From Flectonema sp. DT1601 (lineage: Eukaryota), in the NCBI GenBank assembly GCA_964019425.1, contig OZ025783.1:1426001-1490000 (forward strand): a DNA stretch of 64,000 nt, read 5' to 3'. Shown in pieces: positions 12,401 through 22,398 of the stretch. Position 1 is the stretch's first letter; each line of letters begins with the position of its first letter. The position numbers were made by a program, and so were the translations under genes. The notes beneath the pieces are model-generated. The model saw nothing but the letters and a program-made list of their open reading frames with translations. It was not told where the DNA came from and did no database searches.

Positions 12401-15400
12401 GAATCAGTATTCTGGTAGGGCTCCTTTACTTCATCGAGCATTAAATTCAATCTCTATTGGCATCCCAGGTTATGATGATATTCGTTTAATACGAAACAGA
12501 CAACGAACTCTTGCTGAGGGTGAACCTCCTGATATACCATGTTTTCCTCCTTCAGGAAAATTCACACCAACTCAGAGACAATCCAGCGATGATTCCGACA
12601 GGAGGAGGATAGTATTATTGTTACTGAGGAGTAACATTCCTCGAACCTTCTTAGAAAGAAGATCAGCTGGAAAATATAAAACCGTCAGACACATATTCGT
12701 AGTAGAAGAAGAAACTAAACAAAAATTGAGACTCGGGCCGATGTTTGACCGATGCGGAGTTTATGCTGAAGGAGATCCTTATTGGAGCAAGAAAACCCTA
12801 TTCACTTCATACTGCGCAACAGCTGCAGCATTAGTTTTATCATTTAGTAATTACTTGTTGAGTGATGTTGATAATGATTCTGGTATTCGTTTACCTAAAT
12901 CAAATAGATCATTATTTATTGATAACTTACCTGATTCAAAGCAGTTTGTTCCGATAGTAATTCCTCCTCAAGAGTTCGGATTAGCGAAACTATTTCAAAG
13001 AGCTCCCTGGATTACAACTTATCACCAGTTGGTACAACACATCTTATCTGTCCATCCGTTTAATGGAATTAGAGAATTAGATGCTGCTGTTCAAAGAAGT
13101 GAGACATTTATCTATTTGGAGAGACGTCATTTCTGGTCGAGAACACTTCGACGAGTCTCAAGAGGATTCGTTGAAGCACCTCCAGGAGAGCAAATCTTAC
13201 TCAGAGATAGTTGTTTATCTCTTCCTCATTGGATGACTTTAATTGGTAGTGATGACCTACTACGAGTCATTTTATTTGATATGCGTCTCCCAGTTGCATG
13301 TTTTGATCGAATCACTACTCAATACAGTCCAATATCAACATCAAGTCTTGGATATATTCCTGTTCACTATGCTGCCTATTCAGCTTCAATAGGATCGATT
13401 ACTTGCATTGTTCAGAAATCAACAATTTCTGGTGCCACCGAATGCATTTTAAATTATCAGGTATTAGCTCCCTCCCTCTTTTTAATTTTTTTTAATTTTT
13501 TTTTTTTTTTTTTTTTTGGTAGTTTAAAAACTAAAACACTACTAAAACAGGCTCGTTGTAGATGCCATCCTTATCAAAGCTGGTCATCAGAAAGTGATAT
13601 CCACCACAATGGTATTATGTTAACCACTGGTGATTCACCACTTATGATTGCGAGTCAGTTTGGTCATTTTTTAGTAAGCAGCGCACTCTTGGAAGCTGGA
13701 GCTCTATCACATCTTCTAAACCACGAAAATACTGATTGCCATGACATAGCAGTAGCGCTTACATTTAGACACGTCCACCAATGTAGAGATGAAGAAGGTA
13801 AGCAGGGTGATTTAATCACGTCATCTGTTTTACAAAGACTCACCGACTTGTTGAATGCGGATGACAAAATTCATAAAAAACTACAGAGGTTTGCGAGTCA
13901 CCGAGCTTTATCATCGGGGTTTGTTTACATGGTTTTCGTTATTTGTTTGATGGTAGTTTCATTTGTTCTGACACACAACAACGGCATTGACTACAGAATA
14001 TCATTCTGGTCAGCATACTCTGTTCACTCTGCAGTCACTGATCAGAAAAGCCCTCCCCTAGAAGACTCCTTAAATAGACTTCTGCCATACACACAAGACC
14101 TAACAGATGTGACAACCATTTCAGATTTCAACAGATGGATGATTGCCGCTCTACCTAAAGTTCTATTAAAAAACACAACATACATCGTTAACGATGTTTG
14201 CTACGAACCAGGCATGTACGGAACCTACTCCTTAGTAGGAGCTGTACGAGTCTCCTTAATAAGAACAAAACCAGAAGAGTGTAGGGGATCAACTCCCTAC
14301 AGATGTTTATTAACTGATAATACGACGTTTCTATTTGATGGTAATCCTTTAAAGTGCTGGGGAGAATATTCAAAAGACAAAGTCGATGAATCGAAAAAAG
14401 ATTATTTGAAATTTGCGTCTACTGGAGAGCTTGGCTACACCAGTCCTCGAACACTCATCGCCTACGACATAGGAACTGGTGAAGTATCTGATTTCACTCC
14501 ATCAAATATGGAAATTATAAATAAAGTAACAGAGTCTGATTACATCGATCCTTCGGTTAGGTTACTAACGTTATTTGCAACGTATTATAATCCGAATATA
14601 GATTCGTTTCTGGTAGTTAGAATCTATGCAGAGGTTCTAGCTCAGGGAATAGTTCTTCCGGGTGTTTCAATAAAAACCATTAAGCTTTCTACTCCGTGGA
14701 ATAATGTTACATTTCGAGATGTGTTAATATTTTGTGTAGAGTTGTTGTTGTATTCATTTACAGTAAAATTTCTTATTGATGAAGCGATGGATTTGTGTGA
14801 TTCTCTGGGTGAGATTGCTAGCAGACTTCGACAACATATCTCAACTTCAAGAAGAAAATATCATCAACTGACTACTACAAGACAACTACCCGAACGTAAG
14901 TATAAACCCTCAACTCACATGAATGATCATATACGGACACAACCCGATGACAATACTGACAAGTTCAATCCCCGACAAGACTCAATACGTAACAGTACAA
15001 TCACCCTTCCAATCCCTCCTGAAAATCACATTGTCACTGTTGAGACTGATCCAGCCTCCATACCAATAACAACAATTATGTGTAAATGTCATGAGTGTCA
15101 AGGTCGGAAAGCCGTTAATGTCCGAGAAAAGATTTTATTTTGCTTCATATTCGTTAAAGGTTGTGCGGAAATAATAATCTGGGAACTTATAAGACATCTC
15201 TTCACTAACTGGAATTTCATAGATGTGATGCTAGTAATATTATTAGGATATACTGCAGTGTTACGAATTCAGGTTTCAGTTCTGACGGTAGACATTAGAA
15301 ATGATTCACCGCTGTATAGTGTTGACAACCACTTTGTTGAGTTCTCTCTCATATCAGAAAAGCAATCACTGCTGCATATCACACTCGGAACAACTGTTTT

Positions 15401-16148
15401 AATCGCTTGGATAAAAGTATTAAAGCTGATCATCGTCGTACCAAAACTTGGTCCTGTAGTTGGAGCCATCATAAGTACTATGGCTAATGTGAAAGTTTGT
15501 TTGTTTTTCCTGTTGTTTATTGAAGTATTGTGGGCTTTTATAAGTGCTTTTCACTTATCATTTGGTGATCAACTCGAGCCATATAGCAGTCTTTCAGAAT
15601 CTCTTTTCACTACTGTTAGGATTGTTTTGGGTGACTACCCTTCTCAAGGGGGATTTGATGATCTGAGAGCGTTGTCACCTCCGTTCGCACCGATTTTATT
15701 TGTTTGTTTGTTGGTTTTTGGTCAATTGTTGTTCTTAAATATTCTTATCGCTGTTGTTTCAGAGGTTTACACGAAAGCAATTGAGGTAACTAACGAGGAA
15801 TGGTCTAAAGATATTAACGAAATGTACCAATATTCTGTGTGTCAGCTGGCAGACCCTACCGATGGTCAGTTTTCTGAAATTTATCAACGTGTTTTGATAT
15901 CCACATCGATTCCTTGTCTTACGTACCGTCCTTCAGATTCGAGAATAAAAACATCTGCTTCGGATGATGAAAAATGGACCATAATATACGATGCAAACAG
16001 GCGAGCATATACAAATCAAATTCACATCGAACATTTGGGATTAGCGGAAGTTGACGGACATCTCAGCGGTCAGCTAAAAATAATTTTATCAAAGATTGAT
16101 GAATTGCAGAGATCTCAAACAGCACAAGGGATGACTACATTCAACTAA
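3415..16148 (+). CDS. Giant spliced gene (~4146 aa): 3x macrodomain-like repeat + ankyrin repeats + polycystin-2/TRPP cation channel. Exons 3415-5894, 5963-6744, 6812-10103, 10172-13460, 13551-16148
   Basis: GT-AG introns 5895-5962, 6745-6811, 10104-10171 and 13461-13550 keep the frame. The first two restore repeat homology across the junctions (FRR|YPRRFGFSDLSHLEETLSYSLTELC; ATSTG|ILSRCGITDVYSD). Exon lengths sum to 12441 nt = 4147 codons. Confidence 0.88.
3620..8560 (+). repeat. Three tandem ~580-aa protein repeats (about 3620-5050, 5290-6870, 7065-8550) with near-identical DNA cores
   Basis: Shared motifs FL..(L/I)GR....VVEG.P.V.L, SLTELCTSVCISQHGYYFVDG, VVFLSAPGLDF, MLPMGLGVF and PAVLNPSD...EE...ATST. 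DNA cores 4255-4740, 6015-6500 and 7771-8242 differ at only a few positions. Confidence 0.95.
8810..9540 (+). other. Ankyrin repeat region within the giant gene; further ankyrin-like repeats near 13220-13760
   Basis: QNTPLHAAALHCHLEVVYYLIENG, NGLTALHWGVIRNNQSAIKSLL, DGWTPIQWAVCIGNVPCVEALL, and later GDSPLMIASQFGHFLVSSALLEAGA. Confidence 0.9.
13900..15830 (+). other. Polycystin-2 (PKD2/TRPP) channel domain with extracellular TOP domain and S1-S6
   Basis: LVGAVRVSLIR..C...CWGEYS, YIDPSVRLLTLFATYYNPNIDSFLVVRIYAEVLAQGIVLP (PKD2 WLDRGTRA...YNANINLF.VVRL..EFPATGG..P), NWNFIDV, WIKVLKLI, pore segment FGDQLEPYSSLSESLFTTVRIVLGD, and S6 LFLNILIAVVSEVY. Confidence 0.92.
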
Positions 16149-16382
16149 CACTTTGTTATCTCTTAGGCTGCTAAGCTTGTTTTCAATACTTTCTTTCCAT
16201 TTACACGTAACCCTTTATGTTAACATTTATCACATTTATGTAGAACCACAAATGTTGAACATATTTCCTTTTTATCAGTTAGTTAAAACATGAAGTGTTG
16301 GGAATCACACAACTAGTAAAGTCAATGAGTGGGATGGTACTCATCGAGTTCTAATATTTCTGTTCTCAGTTCAACTAATAAT

Positions 16383-17655
16383 ATGCCGTCTGTAAAAAAG
16401 GCTCTGTTGGGATTCCTGTTGGTCGTAAGTGTGCTGGGGCATAGCCACAGTCACAGCCACGGCAGCCACAGCCATGGTCACAGCCATGGTGGAGAAGCAG
16501 CAGGTGCGGAGAAATGCAAGAGTATGTTAGCCGCACCTGAATGGCTACAGGAATACTACGAAACAGATAAGACTGCCGTGTCTGTTTCAGCATCGCTGTT
16601 AACTAGTTGCGTACCAGTTTTGATTATTTTGTTTTGTCCAGCCGCGCCATCAAAGGGTGTTCTCCATGCCCTTTTGGCCTTCGCCGCTGGCTCTCTACTT
16701 GGAGATGCGATGCTTCACTTGCTGCCACACGCTATGATGGAAACACCACCTCCTCCATCTAACCCAGTTACACAGTTCTTGAGTGATGCTCATGTTTCAA
16801 TGCCTCATTTACTGTTTCTTGTTGGGTTGGGTATCGTATGTCTTTATTATTATTATTTTTCAACGGTCTGACGCTCTGTAACAAGCAGTAGTGATTCAGA
16901 CACCATTCGAGTGACGACAAGAATAGGACGATCAGTACAATTAAACACAAAACAGTTCTTCTTCCTGGAGAAACTTCTTATGCTTAGAGGTGATGGAGGG
17001 TCGTCTCACGGACACAGTCATGGAGCTAAGAGTGATGCGTCTAAGAAGCAGGTTCTTGGATCGTCTGCGTTGTTGAATCTGTTGGCAGATACCACCCATA
17101 ACTTCACAGACGGGATTACAATTGCTGCAGGATTTATGAATTCGTTACCTGTTGGTATCTCAACTACGTTGGCTGTTTTTATTCATGAGATTCCTCACGA
17201 AGTTGGTGACTACGCTGTTCTGTTGGGATCAGGATTCAGTAAGAGTACGATTATGATGAGCCAGTTTGTGACTGGACTTGGAAATCTTGCTGGTGTCTTA
17301 GCGATGTCTTACGCAAGCCAATGGGTGGAAGGTGCTGACGCTATCGTCTTACCCGGTATGATGATAGTCATTGTTACCTCTTACTAATAAAGAAAAAATA
17401 ATTGCTTCTTAATAAACAAACAAACAGTCTCTGCTGGTGGATTTGTCTACATAGCAGCGGTTGGGATTCTTCCTGAACTGCTCAGTTCCCAGGTAACCTT
17501 CACCAGTATAATTATGGAAATGGTATGCGTTGTGTTTTTGTTTTTTTTATTTTATTTTTTGGTTATTATCTCAACTTAAAGCTAAAATACTCACAAAACA
17601 GACAATGATGGGTCTGGGAGTTCTCTGTATGATTGCCATCGGGTTCTTAGAATAG
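16383..17655 (+). CDS. ZIP family zinc transporter (SLC39A7/ZIP7/KE4-like). Exons 16383-16835, 16956-17355, 17428-17522, 17602-17655
   Basis: Signal peptide plus His-rich HSHSHSHG, then LLAFAAGSLLGDAMLHLLPHA, LNLLADTTHNFTDG and HEIPHEVGDY. Splicing at three GT-AG introns (16836-16955, 17356-17427, 17523-17601) gives LP|VSAGGFVYIAAVGILPELL and the end MIAIGFLE*. Confidence 0.93.
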
Positions 17656-18241
17656 AAAAAAAATGTGTTGCTAAGTATCGGTTATCGACATGTGTGGAAT
17701 TTCTTTTCTTTCTTTTTTTGTTACCTGGTCTGACCTTTGTTGCTTGATATTGTTGTTGGTGTGTAATACAAAATTAATAATAATCATAATCGCTTCTTCG
17801 TAATTTACATGGTACAATGTGAGTTCTTTTTCATTCTAAAATTGCTCATCTGCATTCAAAAAGATCTAAAGGTTTTTTTTCCCCCTTTTTTTTCTTTCTT
17901 TTTTTTTGCACCGACCTAACCGCTGTTGTAAAGTTTAAGAACGCATATGATCTGAATCCCGTACGCAATAATAACAGCATGGTAGAAAGAAGAGCAATTA
18001 GCCTACCAAAGTGACACTCTAGTGAATTATAATCAGTCTATATTTTTTTTCAATTTCAGCCGTTTTCTTTTTAAGGAGCTCATATATGAGCTAATTTGTA
18101 GGGGCTGCTCGGTTCAACTACTACATTCTCTCAGTGACATTGTATCACCTACTGTTGTATGAATTCGTACTTTTCGACTAAAAGTTATCCCTATACTTTG
18201 CTTTGAGTGTTTTATGGAAGAAGTTCGGAAGCCTTGCGATG

Positions 18242-18297
18242 CTCATCAGTACTTTGCTTATCAGATTAAAAAACCACAACATGAATCGCATGCTATT
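18242..18297 (+). pseudogene. Stub of a Cys-rich array gene (leader plus first 5 codons MNRML)
   Basis: Identical to the leaders at 29180-29233 and 33301-33354, then switches abruptly to the spacer-end sequence tattccacggtgtattatgg (cf. 24492-24511). Confidence 0.8.
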
Positions 18298-18454
18298 CCA
18301 CGGTGTATTATGGAACAGCAGAATAATGTGTTTTTGTAATTCTTCTTTTTACATTTTATTTTGGAGCACTTTTTTTTGTAATAAACTCATATTCTAACTA
18401 AGTTGGTCTTCATGTTTCTCATCATTACTTTGCTTGTCAGATAAAAACCACAAC

Positions 18455-19300
18455 ATGAATCGCATGCTATCGATCGCTTCAGCTGTTGTACTGTCCGCAG
18501 CTGTTCCGATGTCTGAATTTGTAAAGATGGAGGAACAAAGTCGTGAAGTTAGTACTCTCGCAGACCAGAATGGATGTAGTGATCTTTTAGCTGATTTAGG
18601 AAATGGTCAAAAGAGAGTCTGGCATGATATTGATGGTGCTTTCTTCAACTGTTACATCTACGCCAAGTATGGACTCTGTACTGCATACAGTAACTACGGT
18701 CCATGGCCACAAAACATGCCAATGACAGCAAGCCAGGCCTGTTGTCATTGTGGAGGTGGAGATACTTCTTCTACGAGCGCACCTGTTCCTAGTAGATTCC
18801 CTGCTTGCACCACTGACGCTGATTGTGCGCAGTACCCTGATGCCACACGTTGCTCTATTCACGGTTGTCAAGAGTGCGACTTCTTTACCAACGATAACCT
18901 CCCTTGTCTTCAGAAGGGACTGAAGTGTGGTACGGACAACGTCGACATATATCTGTACAGATGCTGTGATACTAATAGTTTTGGCATGTGTATTGACGCC
19001 ACACCAGCTCCTCAGATAGTATCTACTGCTGTACCAACAGCTGCTCCACAAGGCAACGTTCCACCTGTTCCTTTTACGCCTTTTCCTTATCCGAGCTACC
19101 CTGCTTGCACCACTGACGCTGATTGTGCGCAATACCCTGATGCTACACGTTGCTCTATTCACGGTTGTCAAGAGTGCGACTTCTCTGCCTACGATGACCT
19201 CCCTTGTCTTCAGAAGGGACTGGTGTGTGGTACGGATAACGTCAACATATTTCTGTACAGATGCTGTGTTTCTCAGGTGTTTCCTGGCATATGTGACTAA
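18455..19300 (+). CDS. Secreted Cys-rich protein, copy 1 (281 aa; N-terminal Cys domain + 2 modules)
   Basis: Signal peptide MNRMLSIASAVVLSA, then CSDL...WHD.DG..FNC..Y....C...TASQACCHCGGG, then 2x PACTTDADCAQYPDATRCSIHGCQEC...PCLQKGL.CG.DN....LYRCC. Confidence 0.85.
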   Translation: MNRMLSIASAVVLSAAVPMSEFVKMEEQSREVSTLADQNGCSDLLADLGNGQKRVWHDIDGAFFNCYIYAKYGLCTAYSNYGPWPQNMPMTASQACCHCGGGDTSSTSAPVPSRFPACTTDADCAQYPDATRCSIHGCQECDFFTNDNLPCLQKGLKCGTDNVDIYLYRCCDTNSFGMCIDATPAPQIVSTAVPTAAPQGNVPPVPFTPFPYPSYPACTTDADCAQYPDATRCSIHGCQECDFSAYDDLPCLQKGLVCGTDNVNIFLYRCCVSQVFPGICD

Positions 19301-20730
19301 GTTCAGATAGAGAAAACTGATTAATCAGCTTGTTTTTTTCTGTCTCACTTCGTTTTTTTTTTAGTTTTTTTGTGTTATTTTTGAACTGTTGCAGAAATAC
19401 AGAGTCAACAATGTTCCTTCCCTCTCTCGTTTATTAGCATGTTCAGTGCGCGCCTGCAAGCAGCCTTTTGGTAGGCTGGATTCACACTAAAGATACACGC
19501 TGTTTCTGTATTTGTTTTGTGCCGAACCCGTCTTGTAGATCTCCACTGATATTGTTAACTTTTGAACTCTCTTCATTTGATTTTTGTTGGTATTATTCTG
19601 CTTTGAGTCATTTCAACGTAATAATTCCCTGTGAGAATCTCTCTCGTAAGATCACTTGTTTTTTAGTTATCTTTCCTTTTTCTGGTCAATTTAATTGGTA
19701 TCTTGCTTATGTTGGTAACCTTGTAAAGGGTTCACATTAAATGTGTAACGTCTGCCTTCACAAATTATGGATCGCTTCGCTTGATGAAAATGGTAAACAA
19801 GCGGAAGCTAAACACTCCTTTTTTCAATATTAAATTCTTCCTCTCTAGTTTTCACTTCATTTGTAACTCAAATAACGTATCCGCAATTGTATTAATTTGT
19901 TTAGTTTTTTTAGGAACAGGACATCTGGGAGGCTATTAATACGCATTCATGTGATATGTTCTTTTTTAATATGAAGACGACTGTTCTCTTTTGAGTTAAA
20001 GCAGCTGCAGATGCTCAACGTAATCATAGAAAAATTATTCAAGGGATCTGGCTGCGGAGAAAGAGGCAAATCGGAAACCTCCAACAAAGATAGCGAGCGT
20101 CGCAGCAGCAGAGATTCCAACTCTCACGCTGATATGGCGAGTCAACTGAAACACGAGCAGTCAGCCCAGTAGTAATCAATTACTCCTATCCTGGATAATA
20201 TGTATCATACAATAGTAACAGCCTGGATTAATCTCTTACGCTACGGGATCCACCGTAATCCTGGGCTTCTAAAAGGTTCATAAAACATCTCGTTCACTTC
20301 TTGATGTTAATGAACCAAGCTGGAAATTAATCTTTCAGTCGAAACAATCCATGGTAAATCTTCTGATATGGCAACGGATTAGGTCCTTTGTTACTGTGAG
20401 TTACCTAGCACTCATAATATACAGTAACGTTGGGTTATATAACTGACGACCACTTTTTATAATTAACTCATATTCTACTTACCATTAAAAGCACAGTCTG
20501 ATACAGTTGTTACAATGATACCTGAGACTATAGGACCATTGATGATGTGCGAAGATAAAATTAAACTCGAAATGAATGACGAGTCAAGTAATAACTCGAC
20601 TGTAATAGTGAAACGAGCAGACGTCAAAGATTAAAATTTTAGATTGAACACAAAGCAAATAAGCATTGCTAGCCCTATCCTGGCGAGCTCCGATGGATTT
20701 TTATCTTAGAACGATTAGATATAGAATGAA

Positions 20731-20798
20731 GTCCCTTAGAACTTACTGATGAAGGCGTAAAAAGGGACGAGTAGTACAAGATTAAAGCCTGAAACTAC
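20731..20798 (+). ncRNA. Candidate hammerhead-ribozyme-like motif, copy A (also 23831-23898)
   Basis: CTGATGA (20746-52), aggc...gcct, GAAA (20791-94), ctac. An internal gtagTA-caag is complementary to stem III and, with one mismatch, to stem I. gtccctt can pair with aagggac. Confidence 0.4.
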
Positions 20799-21322
20799 AT
20801 ATTCTATTACCCTAGATTAGGAACTACAGAAATGAATACTTTTCTTTTACTAATCTCTGTTTTCTTTATTCTCTTCTATACTAATAATTAATGATACTAA
20901 CTACCTAAGTTGGTCTACAGCCCCGATGAAGGAGAACTCGGCGTCCGGCCTGTCCTATGTGATGAGTAGGACAGGCCTGACACCGCAGTTTCCGCCTCGC
21001 TTTCTTCGCTGAAGAGGGCTGGGTAAGGGGAATGGTCCGAAGAAAGATTGTATTTAATCTTAGCCCGAAACAAACTTGTTTGTTGTCCTACGAAATGTTG
21101 CATTTTGTTGATTGACTGATAATTATTATTACTATCAAAGTTGGTCTGCAGCTCCAATGAGGGAGAAGTCGCACTCGTAATAAAACGAACTAATGTAGAA
21201 GAAATGGAACTCTGCTGATCAAAAGCAAAAATATATGATAGCCCGTCCTGGCGAGCTCCGATGGACATTAAGAAAACAGACAATTGATAAATCTGATTTA
21301 TTAATAAACTGAAAGTCAGTAA

Positions 21323-21390
21323 GTCCCTAGAACTTACTGACGAAGACGTAAGAGGGACAAGAAGTATAAGATCAAGGCTCCTGAAACTAC
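21323..21390 (+). ncRNA. Candidate hammerhead-ribozyme-like motif, copy B (also 24423-24490)
   Basis: ctta-CTGACGA (21337-43) ... gaagTA-taag ... ct-GAAA-ctac. gtccct/agggac pairing is retained; stem II is weakened. Confidence 0.3.
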
Positions 21391-21552
21391 GTGTTCCATA
21401 GTGTATTATGGAACAGCAGAACAATGTGTTTTTGTAATTCTTCTTTTTACATTTTATTTTGGAGCACTTTTTTTTGTAATAAACTCATATTCTAATTAAG
21501 TTGGTCTTCATGTTTCTAATCATTACTTTGCTTGTCAGATAAAAACCACAAC

Positions 21553-22398
21553 ATGAATCGCATGCTATCGATCGCTTCAGCTGTTGTACTGTCCGCAGCT
21601 GTTCCGATGTCTGAATTTGTAAAGATGGAGGAACAAAGTCGTGGAGTTAGTACTCTCGCAGACCAGAATGGATGTAGTGATCTTTTAGCTGATTTAGGAA
21701 ATGGTCTACAGAGGGTCTGGCATGATACTGATGGTGCTTTCTTCAACTGTTACATCTACGCCAAGTATGGACTCTGTACTGCATACAGTAACTACGGTCC
21801 ATGGCCACAAAACATGCCAATGACAGCAAGCCAGGCCTGTTGTCATTGTGGAGGTGGAGATACTTCTTCTACGAGCGCACCTGTTCCTAGTAGATTCCCT
21901 GCTTGCACCACTGACGCTGATTGTGCGCAATACCCTGATGCCACGCGTTGCTCTATTCACGGTTGTCAAGAGTGCGACTTCTTTACCAACGATAACCTCC
22001 CTTGTCTTCAGAAGGGACTGAAGTGTGGTACGGACAACGTCGACATATATCTGTACAGATGCTGTGATACTAATAGTTTTGGCATGTGTATTGACGCCAC
22101 ACCAGCTCCTCAGATAGTATCTACTGCTGTACCAACAGCTGCTCCACAAGGCAACGTTCCACCTGTTCCTTTTACGCCTTTTCCTTATCCGAGCTACCCT
22201 GCTTGCACCACTGACGCTGATTGTGCGCAATACCCTGATGCTACACGTTGCTCTATTCACGGTTGTCAAGAGTGCGACTACTCTGCCTACGATGACCTCC
22301 CTTGTCTTCAGAAGGGACTGGTGTGTGGTACGGATAACGTCAACATATTTCTGTACAGATGCTGTGTTTCTCAGGTGTTTCCTGGCATATGTGACTAA
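21553..22398 (+). CDS. Secreted Cys-rich protein, copy 2 (281 aa; 2 modules)
   Basis: Near-identical to copy 1, with a few substitutions (e.g. QK->LQ, DI->DT, DF->DY). Confidence 0.85.
   Translation: MNRMLSIASAVVLSAAVPMSEFVKMEEQSRGVSTLADQNGCSDLLADLGNGLQRVWHDTDGAFFNCYIYAKYGLCTAYSNYGPWPQNMPMTASQACCHCGGGDTSSTSAPVPSRFPACTTDADCAQYPDATRCSIHGCQECDFFTNDNLPCLQKGLKCGTDNVDIYLYRCCDTNSFGMCIDATPAPQIVSTAVPTAAPQGNVPPVPFTPFPYPSYPACTTDADCAQYPDATRCSIHGCQECDYSAYDDLPCLQKGLVCGTDNVNIFLYRCCVSQVFPGICD

Larger units (their letters stand above)
19921..21395. mobile_element. Non-coding ~1.5-kb spacer insert, probably a decayed mobile element (second copy 23021-24495)
   Basis: Begins right after the shared trailer motif ...gaacagg, where other array members continue differently. 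Contains two pairs of degenerate direct repeats and a segment that recurs at 53433-53536. No intact TE ORF. Confidence 0.45.

Noticed and set aside
3415..16148. Treating 3415-5919, 5991-6767, 6910-10152 and 10080-16148 as four genes, or as a frameshifted pseudogene
   Set aside because: Canonical 67-68 nt introns join them in frame and restore repeat homology across the first two junctions.
20000..20400. Possible tyrosine-recombinase (TATE/DIRS-like) remnant in the spacer (TLTLIWR..LKHEQ, KGS/IKHL fragments)
   Set aside because: It needs several frameshifts and stops, and the catalytic residues cannot be identified by eye. A translated HMM search would be required.
20676..20700. cctggcgagctccg resembling the 5' signature (HDV-like ribozyme) of trypanosomatid ingi/L1Tc elements
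   Set aside because: The similarity is limited to about 8 nt and the downstream pairing partner of that signature is absent.
20915..21424. 169-aa minus-strand ORF (also 24015-24524)
   Set aside because: No recognisable motifs, against the strand of all other genes, and it recurs only because of the recent duplication.
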